From Dendrobates tinctorius (Eukaryota), in assembly GCF_039654945.1 (NCBI RefSeq), contig NW_027361686.1:806001-870000 (forward strand): a stretch of 64,000 nt of DNA, in the 5' to 3' direction. The position numbers and the translations under genes are program-made. How positions within the stretch are numbered: the first letter of the stretch is position 1; each line of letters starts with the position of its first letter. Of this stretch, positions 11,378 to 23,857 are shown one piece after another. The notes beneath the pieces were generated by a model. It was given only the letters and a program-made list of their open reading frames with translations, did not search any database and was not told the DNA's origin.

Positions 11378-14300
11378 ATGAGCGTGAAATTTATGACATA
11401 CAATGTTAGAGAACTCAACATCCCAAGAAAAAGATTCTCCATCTGGAAAGAGTTAGGTAAGTCTCAGACATAATCTGCATCCAGGAGACAAAATTCAAGC
11501 AGGATAACCACCCCAAATTCTCCCATCAGAAATTCCCCCACATATACGAGTCTAATAATCAAAGGAAGAAAGCAGGTGTCATAACATTAGTCAAAAATAC
11601 CATTCCCTTCGATTTATCGAGGAATTTTCTGACTCAAAAGGCAGATACCATATTTTAATCTGTCGCATCAACAACCAAATCTGCTCAATAATAAACCTGT
11701 AGGCACCTAATGTAAATCAAATAAACTTCCTGAACAAATTACTGACTAAGGCCTGTTTCACATTTCCGTTTTTTGATGTCAGTCAAAATCCGCCAGTTTT
11801 ATAAAAAAACGGATCTGCCCCTTTTTTGGCAGATCCGCTTTTTTCACCCAAAGACTTGCATTAGTGGCGGATGTTGACTGACGGTCATCTGTTGCATCCG
11901 TTTTTTTGACAGATCCGTGAGAATTTTAGCCGTTCCCGGGCGGAACAGACGGACTGTGAAACGTTTTTTTGGCTTGACGGTCCGCTATTTTTAATTGCGC
12001 ATGCCTGGAGGATTTGCTCCGGGAAACATTTTAACCCTGAAATTCCGCTCTGGAAGCGGCGAAAATTCTCTCTCCTTTTCCAGGCCGCAGTCGCTTTAGA
12101 TTTACGCACTTTGCATCTTCGGCTGATCCGTCCTAAAAAACATCCGTATGTCACAAAACGGAGGCGGATCCGTTTTTTTCCCTTTTGGCAGATTTCAGCT
12201 GACCGCTGACAACGGAAATGTGAAAAAGGCCTAAGGCCAACAAGATAAGAAGGGGTGAGATGTTGATGCTGGGAGATTTCAACACCGTCCCTGATCACCA
12301 ATTAGACTCTTCATCTAAAAAAAGGCCGCAAACTGCCAATTTGAATAATTGGTTGTTCAGAAATGAACTGTTTGATACCTTCAGATCCATCAATGAATCC
12401 TCAATCGAATACACACATTTCTCAGAAACTCACCAATCTGCATCAAGGATTGATCTTTATAATCACTGATGTTTTCTCACTCCCCAGATTTGAGAAAATA
12501 TATAGCAAAGATAAATCAATCTCAGACCATTCACTGGTATTAGCAGAGCTGACTCTAGGAACCCCGACCAAAAATAGAGGCCTATGGAAATGCAACTCCA
12601 ACATAATTAACAACCCAACGCACAAAAATCATATCGATACAGCCATCAAACAATACTTTGAGGAAAACAATACAGATAACATCAGTCCCACGACCAAATG
12701 GTGCGCCCATAAGGCGGTTATTAGAGAGCTATTAATCCAAATTTCGTCACAGGAAAAAAAAATAGGAAGAATGGAAATCGAAAATATTCAAAAAAGCCTC
12801 AGAGACAAAATTAATACACAAATCAACCTCCCATCTCCCTCATCCAGCTTACAAACCGAAATAGCCAAACTCAGAAAAGACCTCAGACATCTAATCTTTT
12901 CCTCATACGATGAAATGATAAAGGCAACTAAATACAAAATGTACACATCCCTTAATAAACCCTTAAAATTTATGGTCAAACGAATTAAAAAAAAAGATTC
13001 ATAATAGAATCAACAGAATTAAATCCCCAGCTGGAACTACTTTATCGCATCCACAAGATGTGGTCAACGAGTTCGCCAAGTACTTTGAAAAACTCTCTAA
13101 CAGCAACCCGCTTCCCCTCTCGCAATCAAAACAAGTCGCAATATCATCTTACTTAGCCCAATTAAATCTACCAAAAATAACAACTGAAGACTTAGAAACC
13201 CTGTCAGCACCATTCAATTTAATTGAAATAGAGGAATGCATCAAGCTCCTGAAATCCTCAAAATCCCCTGGCCCCGACGGATTCGGTCACGAATATTACA
13301 AGACTTTCAATAAACTCCTCATACCCCATCTCTCTCAAGTGTTTAACTACGCATCCTCCTCTGGCTCATTTCCTACAGAAATGCTGGAGGCTTCCTTTGT
13401 CCTAATTCCAAAGCCTAGAGGTGACCCTGAGTCCATATCCAACTTTAGACCCATCTCCCTCATAAATACGGACATAAAAATATATGCCAAAATCTTAGCG
13501 AACAGGCTCAGCCTAATATTACCAGACCTCATAAATAATGATCAAATCGGGTTTGTCAGGGGTCGCCACACGTCAGATGGCACAAGAAGAATTATTAACC
13601 TCATCAAAGCAACAAATCTCACTAAACAACCCACTATAATTGCCTCGCTAGACGCCGAAAAGGCGTTCGAACGTCTTGACTGGGGAATCTTAAGACAAAC
13701 TTTGATTAAATTTGGTTTTAACAACAGTCTTATTACCACAATATTAGCCCTCTACTCCAACCCTAGCGCTAAAGTCTGTGCTAACAATCATTCTTCAACC
13801 TCCTTTTACATAAAAAATGGTACTAGACAGGGTTGCCCCTTATCCCCACTCCTTTTTGTTCTAGCCATGGAGCCTCTCTCTTGCCCAGAAAATAAGACAA
13901 GACAGTTTAATCAAAGGCCATACCACATCATCACGCCACCACAAATTAAGTCTGTTTGCTGATGACGTGCTAATCATAATGACTGATCCAGTCAATTCGG
14001 TTAGGGAGCTTCACATTGTTTTAGAGACTTTTTCAAATCTTTCAAACTTTAAAATTAATGAAAAAAAATCAAATTTCCTACATTTCAATCTGCCCAAAGA
14101 TCAGATCACCCAAATTAAATCCATTTCATCTGTAAGTTGGGTCAGTAAAGAATTTACTTACTTAGGAATCATTATCACAAAGAACCTAAAAAACCTAGTA
14201 TCCACTAACTTCAACGCCTTGTTCAATACCATCAACAAAGATACAATCATCTACGGGGAGAGGGATCTATCATGGTGGGGCAATATTCTCACTGTGAGAA

Positions 14301-15601
14301 TTTGTACTCTCCCAAAAAATCTTTATGTTCTAGACTCTTTGCATTTACCTATCTCGGTGCCACAATTAACAACTATCCAATCAACTATCAAGAACTTCAT
14401 CTGGAATAACAAAAAACCAAGGAACCTTCAGTCTGTCACCTTCAAAAAAAAATCTCACTGAGGTCTAGGGATCCCCAATATCACTGTCCATCATCTAACA
14501 TCCCTAATTAAAAAAAGTAAACATTGGCTTTCAACTAGTAACCCCCCAGCATGGTTAGACCTAGAAAATTTCCTAAACAATGACAAAACCCCCCGAAATT
14601 TAATCTTTAATACTCTAACAAAACATTTTCCTAATTCCACAGCCCACCCCATATTTATTGCCACTACATACGCCTGGAAAAAACTGGCTTGTCCAAAAAA
14701 AGGTTCTCACAACTCAACAATTTTGAAAAAATTACCCCTAAGGCATTCTGTTTTCCTTAACCAAGAGCTACATAATTCTTGGGGAGAATATGGCATTAAA
14801 AAATTAGGGGACATCCATGACGGAACATCAATCCTGAAATTTGATGAATTAAAAATCAAACATAGACTCCCTTCATCAATGTTTCTCCAGTTCATGATTT
14901 TAAAACAACAGATATGGGCCTTTCTCCAGAAAAAAACAAGGTTCTCAGAAGCAACTTTAAACCTATTTTGTAATACTGAACACAGGATTTTCTGGAGTCA
15001 TTCTTACATTTACGACTGGCTTACGACACTGATTTTACAAAAAATGCAACAATTAAAAAATGAGAAAGAGAGCTAAAAATCAACATATGTGATGATTGGG
15101 AAGATGCTCTAAATGACACATACGCCTCCACAATGTCTATGGCCTTACAAGAAACACATTATAAAGTTCTATCCAGGTGGTACTACACCCCAGCTAGGGT
15201 AGCACATTTTGAACAAGAAACCTCCCTTTTATGCTGGAGAGGATGCGGCTCCCGTGGAGACCTTCTTCTTATCTTCTGGAGCTGTCCTAAATTGGTCTCA
15301 TTGTGGTCACAAACATCTAACATCATCAATAAAATAATAGGTAAACCTACGACTCTTTCCCCCCAACTTGCGTTATTATCGCTTGGTCTCTCGGATGTTA
15401 GTCCAAACAAAAAATCCCTTATTATTCACACTCTGCTCGAGAATTAAAAACTTGATCGCTTTCAACTGGAAGAATCAAAACCCTCCCGCTTTACAAGATA
15501 TAAAGGAGAGAATCCTTCTTCACAAATCCTATGAACTAAAATTTGCCCTAGTTAACAATAAACTAGGCAAATGCTCAAAAAAATGGTCCCACTGGGATTA
15601 A
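11378..15601 (+). pseudogene. L1 ORF2p (APE endonuclease, reverse transcriptase, C-terminal CCHC), disrupted
   Basis: TYNVR..., ICIQET, LGDFN, SDHS, KSPGPDG, FRPISLIN, LDAEKAF, GTRQGCPLSP, FADD, CWRGC...FWSC. Confidence 0.95.
11750..12231. mobile_element. PIF/Harbinger-type MITE in the L1 endonuclease region
   Basis: TIRs GGCCTGTTTCACATTTCCGTT / AACGGAAATGTGAAAAAGGCC; TAA TSD. Confidence 0.88.
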
Positions 15602-15618
15602 CTCCCTAAACCTTTAGT

Positions 15619-15867
15619 AATGTACCTGTCTCACATACCAGCATTACACGTTATGTTGTGTATGATATTTATTGTACAATTTTTGCTGCTCATATACTTG
15701 ACTTAATGTAACTCCGCTTAAATACCAAATAACTGTTTAAGCAATGTACCTGTCTCACATACTAGCATTACATGTTATGTATGATATTTATTGTACAATT
15801 TTTTTTTGATGTTCATATACTTGACTTAATGTCACTTCGCTTCAATACCAAATAACTGTTTAAGCAA
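15619..15867 (+). repeat. ~124-bp tandem duplication in the L1 3' UTR
   Basis: aatgtacctgtctcacatac... starts at 15619 and again at 15743. Confidence 0.9.
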
Positions 15868-16051
15868 TTGTTTGACTGTTTAAATGTCATATACTGTACC
15901 TTACCCACTTTCCCTTTTTCCTTTTCCCCACTTTTCCACTTTCCACCTCCATCCCCTCCTTCCTCCTTGATTTACATCATCGCTGACTTGACTTACCAAC
16001 ATACATGCACATCATCTATTGTTGTAAAATTCAAATAAAAACATTGAAAAA

Positions 16052-16795
16052 GGAGCTACTTTCATGCGCTATAGACGGTACTACAAGCACAAGTGTCATA
16101 CCATCTATTCAGCATGGATGGCCTGAGGACAGGGAGGAGAGCATGGTCAGTCATCCTCTTGGGGAGGACATGGAAGTCTTGCCTGTTAACAGTTTGGTAC
16201 GCATGTCTGACTTTATGTTGTGCTGCCTTTCCCATGATCCTCGTATTCTGCAAATTTTTGGTGACAGTCATTACTGGTTGGTGACACTTCTAAACCCACG
16301 ATACAAGGAAAACTTTCAATTTCTTCTCTTCAATCTGAAAACGCTGGCAGCAGAGGTCACAGTTTGCTGGACAACCAAGGAGTACAGGTGAGTTACACAA
16401 CTCCATTCCAGCAGAGGCAGGGCAACACTGGCAAAATTCTGGGAGTTTTCTCAGACCCTCCCATCGCACTGGCCCTGAGGCATGGGGTACTATCACAAGG
16501 TGTGCAAAGTTTTGGAAGATGCTGATGGAGTACCTTGCTAATCATACCAACATCCTCCGTGATTGCTCTGTGCCTTTAATTATTGGGTATCCAATCTGGA
16601 CACGTGCCATGAACTGGCTCTCTACGCCTTGGAGTTGCTAGTCTGCCCTGCCACTAGCGTTTTGTCAGAGCGGGTTTTTAGTGCCGCTGGTGGAATTATA
16701 ACTAAGCACATCCGCCTGTCAACTGAAAATGCTGACAAGCTGACTCTTATAAAAATAAACAAGGGCTGGATTGGGCTAGACTTCTCTACACCAGC
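16052..16795 (+). pseudogene. C-terminal half of the hAT transposase begun at 748-3085 (hATC domain)
   Basis: TLLNPRYK; YWVSNLDTCHELALYALELLVCPATSVLSERVFSAAGGII. Confidence 0.88.
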
Positions 16796-17060
16796 GAAAC
16801 ATAACCTTGAAATTGAAAAATTGAATGGGAGGAGACACAGATTTGATATTAGAAAAGACTTTTTGACAGTTAGGGTGATCAATGAGAGGAACAGGCTGCC
16901 ACGAGAGGTGGTGAGTTATCCTTCAATAGAAGTCTTCAAACAGAGGCTGGACAGACATCTGTCTTGAATGACTAAGTGAATCCTGTTTTGAGCAGGGGGT
17001 TGGACCAGATGGCCCAGGAGGTCCCTTCCAACACTACCATTATATGACTCTGATTTTATG
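16796..17060 (+). mobile_element. 5'-truncated CR1 LINE 3' end
   Basis: RKDFLTVRVINE.NRLPREVV...FKQRLD, then ggtcccttccaac and an ATT(A/C)TATG-type tail. Confidence 0.85.
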
Positions 17061-17559
17061 ATAACCTCAAATCCAATGTCATTTTTTGGGAGGTATATTC
17101 CCGTGCACCTCTTCACACTCACACATGGGTATACTCTTCCTGATTTTGCCTATTTGCTGTTATCCTCCTCCTTCTCCTCATCCTCATCAACCAGTACCAC
17201 TAGATCACCATCGTGACCGTGATCCGAGATGCAACAGCCACGGTATTGTGCTGAAGGGTGTTTTTTGATGCCCACAAAATTTTTTTTTACACATTATGTT
17301 AATGTGTACCCCTAGGGGGAAATGTTTGGCAGCCAATATACTTAGTATATGGGCATTACAAGTATAGGAGACCCGCTCCTTTAAATTGGGAAAACATTTT
17401 TAGGAGGCCATCCTCCACGTGTCTTCCGACACCAACACTAGATCACCAGGGTGAACGTGTTCAGTGATGCAAGAGCCAAGTTACTGTTTTCAAAGGGGCA
17501 TTTTTAGTGTTAGCGGAGTTCACCTATCATTTCTTGTGGTTCCCCCTCCCAATGCGGAG

Positions 17560-20250
17560 TCCAAATAAATATCAATTTAAAAAAATTATACAGTCCTACA
17601 GGAAGAGCAAATGGATAGTTGTGGTATGGCACTGCGCCCTGCCTACACTCGAGAATTTTTTTTTATTACCAGCAGTAAATACAAATTTTAGGTTTTCTAT
17701 CAACTTCATCTGCATTTACAATCTGTGTCCTCCCAGGATTCCTCTGTACACATCACAGCATTTAGATCACTATTAGCATGATCTACTTCCCTTCAGCATT
17801 TCTCTTTATTCATATAATCACAGATATCACAACATGCTTCAGCTGCAGGGCAATAAGTATTGCCTGCAATTGTAGAATTCTGCATTATATTTTCAGTGTG
17901 AAACATTAATAATGCATAAATTTTTTTTGTCTAGAACACAGTCGGTGGACACTTAGTAATCCCCCCTTCCCATAAACTGGAATATGCAGGTCTTCATATC
18001 CTTTTTGAGGAATCCAGATATTAAACCTACAAAACAACAAGGATTATCTTTTAGGCAGAAACAGATTATTGAAGAAATTTAAACAAGTTAATCAATATTT
18101 AGCCTCCCTTGACATAACCGTAGAACCATAATCGTGCTGGGTCAGAATACAAGTGCAAGGGTAAAACAGAAATTCTTGAGGCAATAATGCAACTGCCCCA
18201 CAATGAAGTTTAATTGTACTACAATACTGGGAGCATGATTGATTGTCCAATATCTGATGCCAGACTACTTCAAACATCAACTACCTGCTAGTGATCAGTG
18301 CTAAACAAAACACAAGAAGCAAAATGAAGGTTTTTTTTTAAGGAGTCTCTGGGCCCAAATGTGACTTGGGAATTTCTCTTATTATTCGTACACAGTCTCC
18401 AATTTGTGTTGGTCTCATCAGAGCTTACTCTTAGGGCCCCGTCACACATAACGATCTCGCTAGCGAGATCGCTGCTGAGTCACAAGTTTTGTGACACAAC
18501 AGTGATCTCACCAGCGAGATCGCTGTGTGTGACAGCGATCAGTGACAGACCCCCCTGCCGGTATCGCTGATCGCTCTAGGAAAGCCCTGGACATTTCTTT
18601 GATCGCTGGTCTCCCGCTGGCCCTCACGCATCGCTGCGTGTGACAGGCGGGAGACCAGCTGGTAACTAACGTACACATCGGGTATCTAAGGGACGTTCGT
18701 CACTTAGAAACCCGATGTGTACCTTAGTTACCAGCTCCCTGCATCAGCGCGCTGGTAACTAAAGTACACAGCGACGCCGCGCGCTCAGCGACGCTGGTGC
18801 TGATCGCTGGTGAAGCTGTCTGTTTGACAGCTCCCCAGCGATCATGTAGCTACTCACCAGCGATCCTGACACGTTGATATTGTTGTCGGGATCACTGGTG
18901 ATTGGCTATGTGTGAAGGGGCCCTTAGATGCAGTTGGTTGGAAAACTGCTGATGACTCTGAGGATTTAAAGATTGCTTTTAAGATAGTATCAGGATTAAC
19001 TTCAGCTTCAGGATTAGAATCAACACTGGAGGATGAGGAGGTTGTGTTTCTTCTAGATTCAGCTTCCTTATTTGAAGGGGTGTCACTTAATCTATGAAAA
19101 ATGGGCTGGTCTGATGTTATCAAGCTACTATTCAAATGAAGATTGCATTTCATTGTTTGTCCATCTAAGTATCTGTTGTATTTTTTGTAGGCACCAACAG
19201 CATCTTTCTTTCTTATAAACACAACCTCTGCAACTCCGTAACTCAACAAGCGGGCCAGCTTCAAGGCACCTTTACAAATAAAAGCTACAAGATATCTTCC
19301 TCTGTGACTCCTGGATGCAAATTATTAACAGTAATTTTTTTGCCTTATAAAGGGCTAAAGACAGACTCTTTTGGAGTTGACCCTACTGAAGAACATTCCT
19401 CCTTTTTGACAAGTGTCCATGACACATTGGTTAGAGCCTTTGTGTGCAATAAAGGTGGTGAAGTCTCGTGCTGAGTAGACACGGGAACTGTGTATGCATC
19501 ATTCTGGACCACTTTAGTAAGAGGTAAACTTTGCCCAAGAGAAAATGAATTTCCAGACATTCCCAGCTTTTTTTGCAGTGTTGGCAGCTGTGATTTTGAT
19601 CTTCTTGGTGGGAATGAGGGAAAGTTCTAAGTCATCTTCAATACCATTATCGTCCATATCTTGTAAAGAAGAAATCTGTGGTTTCCTTGGTTCATGGTTA
19701 ACAACATTTGTTCGTATTCCTTTAACATTGTTCATTACACCTGAAGAAATAGTTTTTAGCTGTGAAATTATGATTGTCTTGGTAATATTTATGGGTGAAG
19801 ATGAAGAACCTTGTGAACCGGGTGAGTTGATAGTTAAGGCAGGTGCACTCCTCTTTAAACTTAGTTTTTCACGAGCATCCATCAGTTTGGTTGGTTGTCC
19901 TCCAAAACTGATGTGCTGCTTTCTAGAATTCAGCATTTCACGAGCATCTTGCACTTTCCCCTTTATATGGAAACGTGTGCCTTTGGCAACCAATTTTTCA
20001 CGGGCATCTTTTATGCCTAGCTTGAGATGCGCATCTGTTACAGCTATCTTCTGACGGGCATCAAACGCATTCCGGTAGTTGGTGGTGGGTAAACGACTAA
20101 TCATTGTAGACTGGATCCTGGATCTCATACCTCCCATAGCCCCCTGTTATTAATCTTATAAGTTCCCATTCCCTCCGTCACCATGCCCCTTTTCCTGATC
20201 ACTTCATCCAACGACACTTACGCCATATTTCTGCTACACACCTGCAACTT
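17560..20250 (-). pseudogene. POLDIP3: Processed (intronless) pseudogene of POLDIP3/SKAR; CDS 20226 to 18418, with stops, frameshifts and a MITE; 3' UTR extent approximate
   Basis: MA*VSLDEVIRKRG; FDARQKI...KDAREKL...KGKVQDAREMLNSRKQ; LPLTKVVQNDAYT; RRM ...GVAEVVF...AYKKYN...MKCNLH; PDTILKA.FKSS; no introns between these segments. Confidence 0.93.
18434..18923. mobile_element. PIF/Harbinger-type MITE inserted just before the POLDIP3 stop codon
   Basis: TIRs GGGCCCCGTCACACA / TGTGTGAAGGGGCCC; TTA TSD; internal cgatcgctg repeats. Confidence 0.88.
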
Positions 20251-20514
20251 CCCAGTAGCAATTGTGTAGGAAACCACGTTATTGTTTTCAAGGGTGTTTA
20301 TGATGCCCATAAAAAAAAATGGGGGAAATATTTCTCACCCCACTAGTGTATGGGCATTACAAGTATAGTAGACCAGCCCTTTAAAATGGGAAAACATTTT
20401 TTAACGGCGATCCTCCACAATTCTTCCTTGTAGGATTGGAGTATGTGCAAATTTCAGGCGGGCCGTATATTCACTTCATGGGCAAACTTGATGTGACTTA
20501 AAAAAATCATAATA

Positions 20515-20995
20515 ATGGGAAGTTTGGTTTCATGTGGCCATCCACTATGTCGGTTCAAAGGTTTATTGGGGTGCATGTAACTTTGTTGCATGGCAGGCCT
20601 TGCAATCAATGCATAAGCAAACAGTATGGGAGTACGAAATGAATACTGTGAACTTGGTTTTCCTGTGGCCATGCAGTACATGTGTTCAAAGGCTTATTGG
20701 GGTGCGTGTAACTTTGGTACAGGGCATGCCTCGAATTCAATGCATAAGTAAACAGTATGGGAGTACCAAATGAATGTGAACTTGGTTTTCATGTGACCAT
20801 CCAGTACATGGGTTCAAAGGCTTATTGGGGTGCGTGTAACTTTGGTGCAGGGCAGGCCTTGCATTCAATGCAAAAGCAAAAAGTATGGGAGTACCAAATA
20901 AATAGTGGGAACTTTGGTTGTATGTGGTCATCCATGACGCCTGTTCATTGGGTTGTTGGGGTGCGTTCAAATTTTGGACCGCCCTTGCCATTCAC
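20515..20995 (+). repeat. ~129-bp tandem repeat (~4 degenerate copies), probably internal to the hAT 3' region
   Basis: aacttggttttcatgtggccatcca...ttcaaaggcttattggggtgcgtgtaactttg units at ~20520, 20651, 20779 and 20910. Confidence 0.85.
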
Positions 20996-22884
20996 TGCAT
21001 ACACAATAATAGTATAAGGGACCCACTCTTAATAATGGGAACAACAAAGCATAGCTCTCTAAGAAAAGTGAGGGCTGACTGCTGGCCCTATAAAAATAGA
21101 CTTTGTGACTTTCAGAGTTCCTCCTTCATAAATGAAACAGGATGTGTCCAATGATGTGTCACACACCACATGGCTAAATAAGGTTGTAAAATGTTAAAAT
21201 GACATTTCCCAGGGAATGCATTTGTCTTGGTTAAAAGTAATGCTAAGCTGAAAAACGCATCAAAAACGCTACGCGTGAATATAGCCCAAGTGGTTGAGGA
21301 ACATTTTTGTTTTGGGTTATTTATTTTGCCTTACATACAAATTATTACCCTGGAAAGGATGTTACTTAACATATTTCTCATTTTGATTAAGTTTTTGTAT
21401 GTTTTAGTTTGCGCCTGCAAAAGTGGAGTAAGACTCTGACAACATTGTTCACAGCTGTGACCTGGAAGTCAGAAATGCTTCCAGGGGTATTCCCCACAAT
21501 GTTCCTATGTCATTTGAGCAGTGTTCCCATCGACATCAGATGTTTTTAGACCCTAAAAGGACCCCTGGGGGTGTCTCAGCAACATTATTGCTGTAGCTGA
21601 TAAGCATCAGGGAGCTGGCAGGTTATTCCCTTAAATACAGATTGGAACTACTCTCCTTATTACTTCAGCATCTCTATTTAGCCAAGAGTTCTAACCAAAT
21701 CTACTACTGCATACTGAAGATTTAAAGAGGACCTATCACTGCTGAGGGTAATACACAATAGGACAGTTCATGAGAGGAACCATCTTGAAACTGTAAGCTC
21801 AGCCTGCTGGTACACACCAACAGATTTCAGTTTTGTGTTATCCAGGTTTGCATGCACTACATTCCATGGTCTCCTAGCAGAAACAGTGTCCAAGGTTACC
21901 GTCTTCTTGTTATTGATGGGTAAATGTATCTAATCCTATAATAAGGCTGGGATTAAAAGGCGACTTTGGCCGCGATGAGTGAAATGAAGTTACATTGTGA
22001 CCATCATGACCAAACGTGCTTGCCACTACTCGTTACTTGCCCAAGTATCACTGTACTCGGTGTACTCGGCGAGCACCAAGCATTTCCGGGATTACTCGGT
22101 GGGAACTTGGGTCTCCACCCAGCATTTTTGGCGGTCTTTAGAGACCTAATCACCATGCAGATATTTTCTGCCAGGCACTGTAACGCTGCAGCCATCTTTG
22201 TTGTGGTCTTGCAGTGATTGGCTGGCCGCACAGCATCATCAGGGGTATAAGAGACCGGACACCGCCCTGCTCGGCGCATTCAGCTCCGGATTGAGATAAT
22301 GTAGGGAGAGCTACTGCCGAGATAGGGTCAGAATTGGGGATTAGTCAGTGTGGGGTCTATTGTCCTAAAGTACTCAAATCCAGCTAAACCAACACTCCTT
22401 CTAAGGACAAATTCCGAAGTATATAGGTTGCAGTGTTAGGTAGACAGGGGAGTGAATGTCGCTCAATACATATCAGTGCAAGGCCTGCAGGCACTGTATG
22501 TGTGTATATAGATCTCATTGCATACATCAAGAGGGTCCATTCCATTACTGTCTGCTGCTGCTGCTACCTATAGCATATATTGACCCTATATACCTAGCCC
22601 CAGGTAAAACTGGCTAGGAAAAATTTTTTTGCGAGATTTATAGAGATTATTTTATTGAAAAGCAATCCAAAATCCTTTTCTCCTCCATTTGCTTTTTGAC
22701 AGTGCTCAATACAGCCAGATCCTTTTCCTAGCACAGCCTGAAAATCCAGCAATTTTAAAGTGGTCCCAAAAATTATTTTTGAGTGCGCAGAGAAATCTTT
22801 CATTTTTATGTAGTACGGTAGAGCAGATTTTTTTTTTAGTGTCTTACACAGTTTCTTGACCCCATTTTGCTGAACCCCCCAAAA

Positions 22885-23547
22885 AATACACAGAGGCCCA
22901 AATTTTACAGTATGGTATATCTGTGACACGGCTCATACATCAGTGTGCTAAAAATTTGAGCATTATAGGCCGGTATTCCAGTGTTTTCCTGTCTGTCACT
23001 CTAGTTATATACAGCACTATTTTGTCTTTAAAAAAAAACAGGCCACATATTTTACAGTGTGGTATATCTGTGACACGACTCATACAGTATGAGGCGTGTC
23101 ACAGACATACCACACTGTAAAATATGTGGCCTGTTTTTTTTTGTAATGCAAAATAGTGTTGTATATACACCATGTTCCAAATTATTATGCAAATGATATT
23201 TTTCTCTGATTTTCCTAAATGGTTGGTGCATAATAATTTGGAACATTGCGTACATCGGTGTTCTTAACATTTGTGCATTTTAGGCCGGTATTCCAGTGTT
23301 TTCCTGTCTGTCACTCTAGTAATATGCAGCACTATTTTGCATTTAAAAAAAAACAGGCCACATATTTTACAGTGTGCTATTTCTGTGAAAAGCCTCACAC
23401 ATACGTGTGCTAAAAATTTGGGCATTTTAGGCCAGTATTCCAGTGTTTTCCTGTCTGTTACTCAAGTTATATACAACACTATTTTGCATTAAAAAAAAAA
23501 AAACAGGCCACATATTTCACAGTGTGGTATATCTGTGACACGCCTCA
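22885..23547. repeat. ~125-bp satellite-like repeat array with an internal inversion
   Basis: Unit aaaacaggccacatattttacagtgtgg...gtgctaaaaatttgggcattttaggcc...ccagtgttttcctgtctg; recurs at 36590-39115. Confidence 0.85.
23168..23250. mobile_element. 83-bp mini-Tc1 element (second copy at 38028-38110)
   Basis: CACCATGTTCCAAATTATTATGCA / TGCATAATAATTTGGAACATTGCG flanked by TA on both sides. Confidence 0.75.
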
Positions 23548-23857
23548 TACACCATGTTCCAAATTTTTAAGCAAATTATATTTTTCTCCTAAATGGTCAG
23601 TGTAATAAAAGTCATCACCCATTAGAGTATACATTGAATTTTATTGAAGAAAACTCCCAATGAAAACAGTATAATCTTCAAAATGAATAAAAACTCAAAA
23701 TGCACTATTCCAAATTATTAGGCACAGTAGAATTTCTAAACATTTGATATGTTTTAAAGAACTGAAAATGCTCATTTGTGGAATTTGCAGCACATTCACA
23801 GAACAAAAAAGCTATTTAACTCCAAAACATCCTAACAGGCCAAGTTACATGTTAACA

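Larger units (their letters stand above)
3086..16051 (+). mobile_element. L1-clade LINE (near full length, disrupted) with nested insertions; 5' boundary inferred from the break in the hAT
   Basis: ORF1 and ORF2 homology, 3' AATAAA and A-rich end at ~16034-16051; flanked by the two halves of one hAT transposase. Confidence 0.75.

Noticed and set aside
16563-16967. ORF fusing the hATC domain to a CR1 C-terminus
   Set aside because: Chance read-through across an insertion junction; both parts are decayed
18418-20226. Functional POLDIP3 retrogene
   Set aside because: Stop at codon 3, several frameshifts and a MITE in the last codons
21960-22450. Possible 5' subterminal region of another hAT-like element
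   Set aside because: Resemblance from recall only; no TIR or TSD could be located
20515-23547. Regular repeats resembling a CRISPR array
   Set aside because: Long degenerate tandem units without unique spacers, no cas genes, eukaryotic context
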